Notes: generated from the letters alone by a model not told the origin. Positions 53,670 through 63,214 are shown, counted from the stretch's first letter. The stretch: DNA of 64,000 nt from Dehalococcoidia bacterium (GCA_034420695.1 DAOULB010000054.1:78207-142206); one strand, 5' to 3'. Numbers and translations: made by a program.

Positions 53670-55235
53670 GTGTTTAGAAAGATTTTAATAGCTAATCGAG
53701 GGGAGATTGCCTGCCGGATAAACAAGACCTGCCGCAGGCTCGGCAGTGCAACCGTCGCGGTCTATTCTACCGCCGATAAAGATGCTGCCCACGTGAAACT
53801 GGCAGACGAAGCCTATCTAGTGGGGAATGCTCCCCCCAAAGAAAGCTACCTGAATTTGGAACGTATCCTGCAAGTTGCCAGGGATTGTGGTGCAGATGCT
53901 GTGCACCCGGGCTACGGCTTCCTTTCCGAAAACCCGGACTTTGCTCGTCGCTGTCAGGAGGAGGGAATTAGTTTCATTGGGCCCAGTCCTTCCGTCATGG
54001 AGAAAATGGGCGACAAGCTTAAGGCGCGGAAGTTGGCCAAACGAGCAGGACTACCCGTCTTGCCTGCTACTGACCAGGCGATTGCCGATCACGAGGCCGT
54101 GGACAAGGCGCAGGAATTGGGATTTCCCCTGATGGTGAAGGCCGCTGCCGGAGGTGGAGGGATCGGCATCCACGTGGTGAATTCCATGGAAGGGCTGCTT
54201 CCAATCCTGGAACGCACCCGTCAGGTTGCCGAATATGCTTTTGGCAGCCCCAGGATTTATTTAGAACGTTACCTGGGTAGCGCCTCCCACATAGAAGTCC
54301 AGCTCATTGGCGATCAGCACGGCAATCTGGTCCACCTTAACGTACGGGACTGTTCGATTCAGCGTCGCAACCAGAAACTTATTGAAGAGACCCCTGCCTC
54401 CAAATTGACTCCCAAGCTCCGGCGTAAGATCTGTGAACTGGCCTTGAAGTTTGGGCGGTACATCGGCTATACCAATGCGGGGACCGTCGAGTTCCTCGTG
54501 TCCCGGGAGCATCAGGTCTATTTCATGGAGATGAACACCAGGCTCCAAGTTGAACATGGTGTCACTGAAATGGTCACCGGGCTGGATGTGGTGGAGTTGC
54601 AAATCCGGGCTGCGCTGGGCGAACCCCTTCCCATTGGCCAGCCTGACGTTGCTTGCATCGGCCATGCTATCGAGGCCCGGGTTTACCCTGAAGATCCTGA
54701 GACATTTCTTCCCAAGGCGGGCGTTGTAAGCGATTTCAACCTCCCCACCGGGGAGAACATCAGGGTGGACACTGCGCTTTTCAACGGTTATGAAGTTACG
54801 CTACACTATGAGCCGCTGCTGGCCAAGGTGATTTCTTGGGGGCCGGACCGGAAACAGGCTATCAAGGGACTCCTGCGGGCCCTGTTGGAGTTCAGGTTGG
54901 ACGGGCTAGACTCCAACCTGCCGCTTTTGCGGGAGATGGTTCTACATAAGGAATTCGCTTGCGGCGCCTACCACACTGGGTCTCTTCCCCAGTGGCTGAA
55001 GGACAACTTCAAGGCTTCAAGACGCAGGGGGGACAGCCATAGGATGCAGTCTCAAGACCAAGCCGGTGACGACCGGGAGAAAGCTGCCGCCATAGGCGTG
55101 GCGTTAGCCCTCGCTTTGGGCTCTGAGGTCCAACTCAACGTCCCGCAGCGGCTGCCCCGGCCCAGCCAGTGGCGGGCTTCCGGCCGCCGCGAACAGTTTC
55201 TGTCCAGGGCCATGTCCCAAGGGGGCTGGCGATAG
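53670..55235 (+). CDS. biotin carboxylase (ATP-grasp) subunit/domain of an acyl-CoA carboxylase
   Basis: ILIANRGEIACRI, HPGYGFLSEN, GGGGIGI, EMNTRLQVEH. GTG start. About a 70-aa tail after the BC domain ends at TAG 55233..55235. Confidence 0.9.
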   Translation: MFRKILIANRGEIACRINKTCRRLGSATVAVYSTADKDAAHVKLADEAYLVGNAPPKESYLNLERILQVARDCGADAVHPGYGFLSENPDFARRCQEEGISFIGPSPSVMEKMGDKLKARKLAKRAGLPVLPATDQAIADHEAVDKAQELGFPLMVKAAAGGGGIGIHVVNSMEGLLPILERTRQVAEYAFGSPRIYLERYLGSASHIEVQLIGDQHGNLVHLNVRDCSIQRRNQKLIEETPASKLTPKLRRKICELALKFGRYIGYTNAGTVEFLVSREHQVYFMEMNTRLQVEHGVTEMVTGLDVVELQIRAALGEPLPIGQPDVACIGHAIEARVYPEDPETFLPKAGVVSDFNLPTGENIRVDTALFNGYEVTLHYEPLLAKVISWGPDRKQAIKGLLRALLEFRLDGLDSNLPLLREMVLHKEFACGAYHTGSLPQWLKDNFKASRRRGDSHRMQSQDQAGDDREKAAAIGVALALALGSEVQLNVPQRLPRPSQWRASGRREQFLSRAMSQGGWR

Positions 55236-55654
55236 TCTCTTTCCGCATCAAGATAGGCCAGCAGTGGCATACCGTAGAAGTTGGAAGCCTGGCCTCCTCC
55301 CCCGTTGAAGTCATTGTTGACGGCGAGACCTTCCAAGTGGAGGTCGAGCGGCCTTCCGGCCAGCCGGAAAGAAGCAGGCCACGGCCGGGCTGGCGCCCCC
55401 TCACTCCGCCCCGAATTGCCGGGACTTCCTCCGGTCTGCACGACGGGGTTGTTACTTCTCCAATGCCCGGACGCGTGATTTCGATTCTGGTGCGGCCGGG
55501 GGATACAGTGGCGGCCGGTGATGAATTGTGCGTCGTGGAAGCGATGAAGATGGAGCAAAGCATTCGCGCCGCCCGGGAAGGGGTGGTCAAGGTGATTCAC
55601 GTGCAACCCATGGATTCCGTTGCCGCTAACGACGCATTGATGGAGCTAGAATAG
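55169..55654 (+). CDS. biotin carboxyl carrier (biotinyl/lipoyl) domain protein; start unresolved, possibly fused to the upstream BC
   Basis: CVVEAMKMEQSI biotinylation motif. The expected N-terminus (SFRIKIGQQWHTVEV) has no ATG/GTG/TTG nearby. The only in-frame start is the GTG at 55169, which overlaps BC by 67 nt. Confidence 0.7.
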   Translation: MAGFRPPRTVSVQGHVPRGLAIVSFRIKIGQQWHTVEVGSLASSPVEVIVDGETFQVEVERPSGQPERSRPRPGWRPLTPPRIAGTSSGLHDGVVTSPMPGRVISILVRPGDTVAAGDELCVVEAMKMEQSIRAAREGVVKVIHVQPMDSVAANDALMELE

Positions 55655-55730
55655 GGCCGCTTCGCCGGAAAGACCCATCTTCTTGCATCTATTTCGTTTC
55701 GAGTTACCGTCTTCCTTTGGTCGCTATCTG

Positions 55731-55758
55731 TTGACACCTATTCTATCTGGGGTATAAT
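55731..55758 (+). promoter_or_regulatory. sigma-70-like promoter TTGACA-N16-TATAAT for SBP gene 1
   Basis: TTGACA cctattctatctgggg TATAAT. About a 190-nt leader to the ATG at 55950. Confidence 0.5.
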
Positions 55759-55949
55759 TTCGCGCCTTAGACCTTGTAAATCCGTAACCTGATTCACGGT
55801 TTCAGGCTAAAAAAGCGAGGCCTCTTGGTGTTGTTTTTGGGCATCAAGAACAACACCGGCTTTGCGAAGCCCAACTTCGGGTCCATGGGGAGGAAGTTGG
55901 GTTAAATTTTTGACCTATTGGCCTTGGTCATTCGACAAGAGGAGGAAGG

Positions 55950-57857
55950 ATGTCTCGAAATTGGTTCAGGGTTCCACGGATACTGGGGCTGGTGCCACTG
56001 GTACTAGCATTGGTATTTGCCGCCGCCTGCGGTTCCACTGCTCCTGCCGAGCCGGAGGTAGTGGAAAGGGAGGTGGTGAAAGAGGTAGAAGTAGTAACCG
56101 AAACTGAAGTTATTAAGGAAGTCCCCAAGGAAGTGGTCAAAGAGGTGGTGGTCGAGAAAATGGTGGTGGCCACGCCCAAGCCCACTGCCACGTCGATACC
56201 CCTGGTTGTGACCAAGGGGCAGAGCTTCAACTTCCCGGTGAAGCCCGCTTGGGTGAGAAGTGGTAAGCAGAGCAATACGGTGCTGGAAATCGGCGCAAGG
56301 CTCAATCCCGGAGCGTGGGATGCCCACTTTGCCGGCAACTTGTTCTCGGCCCTGATTCCCACGGCGCCCCAGTTCAGCCAGTTGACCCGGTTCAACCCGG
56401 TGGACACCAGCGAGATAGTGGGAGACCTCGCCCGGGGATGGGATGTCAACGTCACGGGCGATGAATATACCTTCTACCTGCATGACGCCGCATGGAGCGA
56501 CGGGCAACCGGTGACCGCGGACGACATTGTTTACTCTCTGGACAGGATCACCGACCCAGACGCTGTAAGAGCTCGGACCAGGGTACTCAGCAACTTCTAT
56601 GAGAGGGGCACCGCCAAGGCTATCGACGACAAGACGGTGCTGGTGCCGCTGAAGTTCCCGGCGGCCCTATTTTTGCCCAACCTTTCCACCGACTACATGA
56701 AGATGTACGCCAGGCACAACGCCGAGCCGTTGGGCCAGGACGAGGCCAACCGGGCTTTTGGCCTGATCGGTTCAGGCCCCTGGATTCTGAAGAAGTTCGA
56801 ACCCAACGTGGTTTACGAATACGAGAGGAACCCCAACTACTTCGCAGATGGGCGGCCCTTCATGGACGGCCTGAAATTCAATATCGTCGGGCGTAACTTG
56901 CCGAGGATGTATAACTCATTGACCGTAGGACAGATTTACATGACCGAGGGCCCCTTGAGTTCCGGCTACCGGCCTCCGGACGTGTTCCAAGTCCAAGAGG
57001 ACACAAACGGCCGGGTCCGGGCGCTAACCTTGGAGAACGGGTCCGGGTCCGTGTTCATTATGCATACCAACCAGCCACCCTTTGACGACCCCCGGGTCAG
57101 GAGAGCCCTCTACTTGGGGATAGACCGCGACGAAGCCGCGGACATCCTCTATTGCCAGAACGACTACGGACGGTGCTTTGGCCGGGCCAACTACTACGGG
57201 GTTGGAATCGTAGGCGGGATTGCTGTGGAGTCCCAGGATGAGCTGGCCCAGAGGCCCGGGTACAAGCCCTCTGCCGAAAGGGCGGAAGACTACGCCGAAG
57301 CGAAGAAGCTATTGGCCGACGCCGGATACCCCAACGGCATAGAAGTCACTCTGAACATAGGAAATACAACGTCCTCAGTGCAGCAGGCGGAGATATTCAC
57401 CGAGCAATTGCGAAAAAACGTCGGAATAGACGTAACGATAGACGCCGTGGATACCGCCAGCAACATGCAGCGGTTGAACGAGTCCTTCCACGAGTTGACC
57501 CATAACACGGCAGCGACCATCATCCCCGATGCCGCTGACAACATCAACCAGCACTTCCTGCAGAATATCACCAAGAACCCGGACAACTGGTCCGATCCCA
57601 GGGTCGACGAACTGCTGGAAGCGCAGGCCAAGGAGATAGATGCTGAAAAGCGGCTGGCAATGTTCCAGGAGATAGTCGAAATTCTGCACAAGGGCGAAAG
57701 CCACATTGTGCCCTTGGTGAGGTTCGACCAAGGCGGCCTGATGGACTACCGGATACAGGGGTACCACGTACCCACTTCCATCCAGTTGGTTCACTCTTGG
57801 GACCAGATCTGGTGGGACGACGACGCTGATTGCCCCATAGAGGGAGGGTGTCAGTAA
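55950..57857 (+). CDS. ABC-transporter family-5 (peptide/opine/nickel type) solute-binding lipoprotein, copy 1
   Basis: Signal peptide with lipobox LVFAAAC, an E/V/K-rich linker, and SBP_bac_5-like core (GSGPWILKKFEPNVVYEYERNPNYF). GAGGAGGAAGG SD. Confidence 0.9.
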   Translation: MSRNWFRVPRILGLVPLVLALVFAAACGSTAPAEPEVVEREVVKEVEVVTETEVIKEVPKEVVKEVVVEKMVVATPKPTATSIPLVVTKGQSFNFPVKPAWVRSGKQSNTVLEIGARLNPGAWDAHFAGNLFSALIPTAPQFSQLTRFNPVDTSEIVGDLARGWDVNVTGDEYTFYLHDAAWSDGQPVTADDIVYSLDRITDPDAVRARTRVLSNFYERGTAKAIDDKTVLVPLKFPAALFLPNLSTDYMKMYARHNAEPLGQDEANRAFGLIGSGPWILKKFEPNVVYEYERNPNYFADGRPFMDGLKFNIVGRNLPRMYNSLTVGQIYMTEGPLSSGYRPPDVFQVQEDTNGRVRALTLENGSGSVFIMHTNQPPFDDPRVRRALYLGIDRDEAADILYCQNDYGRCFGRANYYGVGIVGGIAVESQDELAQRPGYKPSAERAEDYAEAKKLLADAGYPNGIEVTLNIGNTTSSVQQAEIFTEQLRKNVGIDVTIDAVDTASNMQRLNESFHELTHNTAATIIPDAADNINQHFLQNITKNPDNWSDPRVDELLEAQAKEIDAEKRLAMFQEIVEILHKGESHIVPLVRFDQGGLMDYRIQGYHVPTSIQLVHSWDQIWWDDDADCPIEGGCQ

Positions 57858-57906
57858 CCTTCCACAGGCCGGCTTCGCCGGTCCCGAAAATGGCTGGAAG
57901 CCATTT

Positions 57907-57949
57907 TAACGACCCTCGGAAAACTCTTCCGGGGGTCGTTACTTTTTTT
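57907..57949 (+). terminator. intrinsic terminator after SBP copy 1
   Basis: TAACGACCCTCGG aaaactctt CCGGGGGTCGTTA stem followed by CTTTTTTT. Confidence 0.7.
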
Positions 57950-58092
57950 CGAAGGTCGGCTTGGCTGTCTCTGACTTGGGAAGCTTGTTCCGGCTCATCC
58001 GATTATCTCCACCTAGCGCAAATCACGGTTTTCGCCTCGATTCCCTTGAGGCTGGCTTACTTTGGGTTCTAGCCGGACTGCGATTCCCGGTG

Positions 58093-58120
58093 TTGACATT
58101 GGTGTTGCCTACGGTATAAG
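58093..58120 (+). promoter_or_regulatory. sigma-70-like promoter TTGACA-N16-TATAAG for SBP gene 2
   Basis: TTGACA ttggtgttgcctacgg TATAAG. About a 180-nt leader to the ATG at 58301. Confidence 0.5.
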
Positions 58121-58300
58121 TTTGTGTACCAACTCTGGAGGTACCATATCTACAACAGTTTTCTGAACTTAAGAATCAAATAGAACTTGCACAGATTTCC
58201 TGGCACAAAAGAGACTCCAGCTCTTAAGGAAAGGGTTCCTTGTCATAGCGGGATACGCAGACTTCACCCCGAGGCGGTCAGCCAACTAGGAGGAAGAAGG

Positions 58301-60208
58301 ATGTCTCGTAATTGGTTCAGGGTTCCACGGATACTAGGGCTAGTGCCACTGCTCTTGGCCTTGGTGCTTGCCTCTGCCTGCGGTTCCACCGCTCCGGCCG
58401 AACCGGCGGTGGTTGAAAAAGAGGTCATCAAAGAGGTTGAGGTCGTAACGGAGACCGAAGTCATCAAAGAAGTCCCCAAGGAAGTGGTCAAAGAGGTGGT
58501 TGTGGAGAAAATGGTGGTTGCCACTCCCAAGCCTACCGCTACGTCAATTCCCCTAGTTGTGACCCAGGGCCAGAGCTTCAACTTCCCGGTGAAGCCTGCT
58601 TGGGTGAGAAGCGGAAAGCAGAGCAACACAGTATTGGAGATCGGGGCTAGGAGCAACCCGGGAGCGTGGGACGCCCACTTTGCCGGGAACCTGTTCTCGG
58701 CGTTGGTGCCCACGGCGCCCCAGTTCAGCCAGTTGACCCGGTTCAACCCGGTGGACACCAGCACCATTGTGGGTGACTTGGCCCGGGGCTGGGACATCAA
58801 CGTCGCCGGTGACGAGTACACCTTCTACCTGCACGACGCCGCGTGGAGCGACGGGCAGCCGGTTACCGCAGACGATATTGTGTACTCGCTGGACCGGATA
58901 ACCGATCCCGATGCCATCAGGGCCCGGACCCGCGTATTGGGTAACTTCTACGAAAGGGGCACCGCTAAGGCCATCGACGACAAGACGGTGCTTGTGCCGC
59001 TGAAGTTTCCTGCGGCGCTTTTCCTGCCCAACTTGTCCACGGACTACATGAAGATGTACGCCCGGCACAACGCGGAGCCGATGAGCCAGGACGACGCCAA
59101 CCGGGCCTTCAACCTCATCGGTTCCGGCCCCTGGATATTGAAGAAGTTCGAACCCAACGTCGTCTATGAATACGAGCGGAACCCCAACTACTTCGCCGAA
59201 GGTCGTCCTTTCATGGACGGGTTGAAGTTCAACGTAGTCGGACGAAACCTGCCCCGGATGTACAATTCTTTGACGGTGGGGCAGATTTACATGACTGAGG
59301 GCCCCCTGAGTTCCGGCTACCGGCCTCCCGACGTGTTCCAAGTCCAAGAGGACACCAATGGGCGGGTGCGGGCGCTGACCCTGGAGAACGGGTCCGGGTC
59401 GGTGTTCATTCTGCACACCAACCGGCCTCCCTTTGACGACCCCCGGGTCAGGCGGGCCGTGTACTTGGGGATAGACCGGGATGAGGCCGCTGATGTCCTG
59501 TACTGCCAGAACGACTACGGACGGTGCTTCGGCCGGGCCAACTACTATGGAGTTGGGATAGTGGGCGGCAACGCGGTGGAGCCCCTCGAAGAACTGGCGC
59601 AGCGGCCGGGATACAAGCCCTCTGCTCAAAGGGCGGAAGACTACGCCGAGGCCAAGAAGCTGCTGACTGACGCTGGGTATCCCGACGGCATCGAGGTCAC
59701 GTTAAACGTAAGTAATGCGACCAGTTCGGTGCAGCAGGCTGAGATATTCACCGAGCAGTTACGGAAAAATGTCGGTATAGACGTGACTATAGATGCAGTG
59801 GACACCGCAAGCAACATGGCGCGCCTGAACGAGTCGTTCCACCAGATAACCATGAACACTGCTGCCACCATCATTCCCGACGCCGCCGACAACATCAACC
59901 AGCACTTCCTGCAGAACATCACCAAGAACCCGAACAACTGGTCCGACCCCAGGGTGGATGAACTGCTGGAGGCCCAGTCCAAGGAACTCGATCTGGAGAA
60001 ACGGCTGGCTATGTTCCAGGAGATTGTGGAGATACTCCACAAGGGAGAGAGCCACGTGGTGCCTTTGGTGCGGTTCGACCAGGGAGGCCTGATGGACTAC
60101 CGGATACAGGGATATCACGTGCCCACTTCCATCCAGCTGGTCCACTCCTGGGACCAGATATGGTGGGATGCCGACGCTAAATGCCCTGTTGAGGGAGGCT
60201 GCCAGTAG
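58301..60208 (+). CDS. ABC-transporter family-5 solute-binding lipoprotein, copy 2 (paralog of 55950..57857)
   Basis: Same 635-aa length as copy 1. By hand alignment about 45 substitutions and no indels. Lipobox LVLASAC. I prefer the ATG at 58301 (AGGAGGAAGAAGG SD) over the track start 58187. Confidence 0.9.
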   Translation: MSRNWFRVPRILGLVPLLLALVLASACGSTAPAEPAVVEKEVIKEVEVVTETEVIKEVPKEVVKEVVVEKMVVATPKPTATSIPLVVTQGQSFNFPVKPAWVRSGKQSNTVLEIGARSNPGAWDAHFAGNLFSALVPTAPQFSQLTRFNPVDTSTIVGDLARGWDINVAGDEYTFYLHDAAWSDGQPVTADDIVYSLDRITDPDAIRARTRVLGNFYERGTAKAIDDKTVLVPLKFPAALFLPNLSTDYMKMYARHNAEPMSQDDANRAFNLIGSGPWILKKFEPNVVYEYERNPNYFAEGRPFMDGLKFNVVGRNLPRMYNSLTVGQIYMTEGPLSSGYRPPDVFQVQEDTNGRVRALTLENGSGSVFILHTNRPPFDDPRVRRAVYLGIDRDEAADVLYCQNDYGRCFGRANYYGVGIVGGNAVEPLEELAQRPGYKPSAQRAEDYAEAKKLLTDAGYPDGIEVTLNVSNATSSVQQAEIFTEQLRKNVGIDVTIDAVDTASNMARLNESFHQITMNTAATIIPDAADNINQHFLQNITKNPNNWSDPRVDELLEAQSKELDLEKRLAMFQEIVEILHKGESHVVPLVRFDQGGLMDYRIQGYHVPTSIQLVHSWDQIWWDADAKCPVEGGCQ

Positions 60209-60251
60209 GCAGTACTGCCCCAAAGCCGAACAGCGGCAAGACCACAGCATC

Positions 60252-60285
60252 GACCCCCGGCCAAGCGGCCGGGGGTCTGCTTTTT
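60252..60285. terminator. intrinsic terminator between convergent SBP copy 2 and amidohydrolase
   Basis: GACCCCCGGCC aagc GGCCGGGGGTC 11-bp stem followed by TGCTTTTT. Confidence 0.7.
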
Positions 60286-60399
60286 CCCGGACAAGCTCGC
60301 CAGTAGGACTCCCAAATGGAACACCCCCTGTACTACCCGCTGCCCGCGCTGCCGTGGGGGCGTTCTGCGTCGTTACCGGCTTTGATTGACGGGGCTGGG

Positions 60400-62076
60400 C
60401 TAGCCGACCATGTCGTAGCTGCGCATCAGCTTGCCGGGCAGGGCCCCGGTGCAGTTATTTTCCTCGAAGGTCACCGTTCCGTTGACCAGGGTGTATCTCA
60501 GGCCGGTGGGTTTCTGCACCAGCCTCCGTTCGCCACCGGGGAAGTCGGTGTCGAATTTGGGCTTGTCGTACATGAACCCCAGTTGGTCCATGTCGTACAC
60601 GATGATGTCCGCCCAGTCGCCCACCCGCAGGGTTCCCCGGTTCTTGAAGTCGGCGAACCAAGCCGGATAGGCGCTGATCTTCTGATGGGCCTGCTCCAGT
60701 GTCATCAACCCACGATCCCTCACCCAGTGGGTCAGGAAGTACACCGGCCAAGTGCTGTTGGTCAAGAACCGCGTGTGGGCTCCGCCGTCGGATAGCGAAA
60801 TGTGGGTATAGGGGTTCAGGATGCGGTCCGCACGGGCATCATCGCCTTGGGGGGCCGCCGGGTGGCTGAACTCGGTCTCCAGATCCTCGTCCAGGGCCAA
60901 GTCCAGGAAAGAGTCCACCGGGTGTTTCCCTTCGGCTTCCGAAATCTCGGCTATGGTCATGCCGGCGTACTTGGAATTACGTTCTTGGGCTACCTCGACG
61001 ACGATGACCCTCGACCAGTCGGTCCTGGCGTTGGAGCGTTCCTCGACGTCTCGCTTCATGCCCACTCGCACTCCGTCTTCGGACAGCTTGGCGATGCGCT
61101 CTTCCTTGGTGCCCACCAGGGGCTGGACCCAGTTGGGCATGTAGTCGAAGAGGTTGTATTCCGAAAGCTTGAACTCGGCGTCAGTGGGGACGGAGCCAAC
61201 TTGGGCCAGCACGGGCAGTCCCTCCGCGCGCACCTCCTTCAACCACTCGAATCCCGCGTCGTCTCCCAATACTACGTGCAAGGGGCGGCCGCTCATCCTG
61301 ACCATCTCGGCCAGCATGTCCCGCTGGGAGGCCCGGTCGTCGGAAATGCCGATGGTCCAGCCGAGGTGCCCCACGCCAAACTGGCCCAGCACTTGGGCCA
61401 TGGCGTAGTATTCTTCCTTGGAAGCTACGTGGCTGGGAAGCCAGCTTCCGTCCTCGGGCCGGTCTTCCAAGTTCTTGTCGGCGGAGATTCCGAAGGCCCC
61501 GGCCTTCATGGAGTCGAAGAGAATCTGCTTCATCTGGTCCAGTTCTTCCGGGGTCACGGAAGTCCTTTCCCGGGCCGGGATCATGCCCAGCACGTACCCC
61601 CTCAGCGGGGAAAAGGGGACCAGCGCTCCGACGTTTACCCCCAAGCCTTGTCGGTCGAGGCTGTCCAGGTATTCGGGGAAGGTCTCCCAGTCCCAGCGCA
61701 TGCCCAGCCGCATGGATTCCAAGGGAATGGCCTCAATACGGTTCATCATCCGCATGTTCAAGTCCCGGTCTTCCGGGCGGGTAGGGGCAAAGCCGAAACC
61801 GCACTGGCCCACGGTCAGGGAGGTCACTCCAAACCAGCCCGACAGGGAGGCGTAGGGGTCCCAGTTCAACTGGGCGTCGTAGTGGGTATGGAGGTCGATG
61901 GCTCCCGGGGCTACGATGCAGCCGCTGGCGTCTATCTCCTTGGTCCCGGCGGCGCTGATTCTTCCGCTCACCATGGCCACCCGGCCGTCCTTGACGGCCA
62001 AGTCGGCCCGGAAGCGGGGGATGCCGGTGCCGTCGACGACGGTTCCTCCCCGGATCACCAAGTCGAATTCAGACAT
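60400..62076 (-). CDS. amidohydrolase, N-acyl-D-amino-acid deacylase (D-aminoacylase) family
   Basis: DLVIRGGTVVDGTG....D.AV.DGR, PGAIDLHTHYD metal-binding motif, ~560 aa. Confidence 0.85.
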   Translation of the reverse strand: MSEFDLVIRGGTVVDGTGIPRFRADLAVKDGRVAMVSGRISAAGTKEIDASGCIVAPGAIDLHTHYDAQLNWDPYASLSGWFGVTSLTVGQCGFGFAPTRPEDRDLNMRMMNRIEAIPLESMRLGMRWDWETFPEYLDSLDRQGLGVNVGALVPFSPLRGYVLGMIPARERTSVTPEELDQMKQILFDSMKAGAFGISADKNLEDRPEDGSWLPSHVASKEEYYAMAQVLGQFGVGHLGWTIGISDDRASQRDMLAEMVRMSGRPLHVVLGDDAGFEWLKEVRAEGLPVLAQVGSVPTDAEFKLSEYNLFDYMPNWVQPLVGTKEERIAKLSEDGVRVGMKRDVEERSNARTDWSRVIVVEVAQERNSKYAGMTIAEISEAEGKHPVDSFLDLALDEDLETEFSHPAAPQGDDARADRILNPYTHISLSDGGAHTRFLTNSTWPVYFLTHWVRDRGLMTLEQAHQKISAYPAWFADFKNRGTLRVGDWADIIVYDMDQLGFMYDKPKFDTDFPGGERRLVQKPTGLRYTLVNGTVTFEENNCTGALPGKLMRSYDMVG

Positions 62077-62188
62077 TTCACGCTCCTTAGAGGTTGGATT
62101 GCACTACATCCGGTGGTCTAGGTATCGACTTTAGCATGTTAAGTGCGCCTTGGACCCTTGACAAGCACCGGTCTCGGGCCGGTTACGG

Positions 62189-63214
62189 CTAGGAATCTAT
62201 CCGGTAGACCCTGGCGGCGTTGTCGTGAAACATGCCGGCCCGTTCGCTGGGAGAATAACCTTGGGAGAGCCTCTTGAAGGCGTTGTACATCACGTTGTAG
62301 GAGTAGGAAACTTTGTCCACCGGGAAGTTGCTTTCGAACATGCTTCGCCCCGGCCCGAACTGCTCAATGCAGTATTCCATGAATGGGGACATGGAGGCGG
62401 CCAGTTCCTCGGAACCGATGGGCTGGTCCCGGAGGTGCCAGTCGAACCCAGTGCGCGGCATTCCGATGCCGCCCAGCTTTATAACAACGTTGGGGCACTG
62501 GGCCACGGCGGCGATGCCGCTGCGCCAAGTGCCCAGCACCTCTTGGTCCCGGTTGGCGTAGGGGCCGTCCCGCAGCAGGCCTCCGATGTGGTTCAGGATT
62601 ATCGTCAGGGCCGGCACCGCCCGGGCAAAGTCGGCCAACTCCGGCAACTGGTGGAAAAACATCCAGCCTTCCAGGGAGAGTCCCATCCGGGCCAGAACCC
62701 GTGCGCCGGCGCGAAAACCGTCGCTGCCCAACTGTCCCTGGATGGGGAAGGCCGCAGTGTTCTCCACCGCGGGGTTGGCGTCCCAAGTCACCGAGTGCCG
62801 TATGCCGCGGAACCGGTTGGGACTGGCCGCTTGGAGGGCCTCCAAGACCGGTTCGACCCGGTCACCCAGGTTCAGATTGGCGTGGCCGACGATTGCCGCT
62901 GCGGCGCGGCCGGGGCCGTAAAGCCCGCTGGCGCTGGCGGCCGCCAGGCCTTGGACAAATTCCACCTCGCCCACGGGCCGCATTTCTTCGGGTCCATCGG
63001 TGCGGTACATGGACCGGGCCTCCACAAAGACGGTTGACCGCACGTTGTGGCCGCTGTTGATGTCATCGGCCAGTTCGTGGAGCAAATACCGCTGGTAGGG
63101 GATGCGGGCGGTGCGGTAGTCCCAGAAGTGATGATGAGGGTCGCAGATAGGCAGTTCAGGCTCCAAGGTGGGTTCCTGGGCGAGGGCCAGCCAGTCATTT
63201 CCGCCGAAAGGCAT
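62189..63214 (-). CDS. amidohydrolase-2 (TIM-barrel metal-dependent hydrolase) family protein
   Basis: ICDPHHHFWD motif near the N-terminus, ILNHIGG and FESNFPVD motifs, typical of PF04909-type hydrolases/decarboxylases. Confidence 0.85.
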   Translation of the reverse strand: MPFGGNDWLALAQEPTLEPELPICDPHHHFWDYRTARIPYQRYLLHELADDINSGHNVRSTVFVEARSMYRTDGPEEMRPVGEVEFVQGLAAASASGLYGPGRAAAAIVGHANLNLGDRVEPVLEALQAASPNRFRGIRHSVTWDANPAVENTAAFPIQGQLGSDGFRAGARVLARMGLSLEGWMFFHQLPELADFARAVPALTIILNHIGGLLRDGPYANRDQEVLGTWRSGIAAVAQCPNVVIKLGGIGMPRTGFDWHLRDQPIGSEELAASMSPFMEYCIEQFGPGRSMFESNFPVDKVSYSYNVMYNAFKRLSQGYSPSERAGMFHDNAARVYRIDS

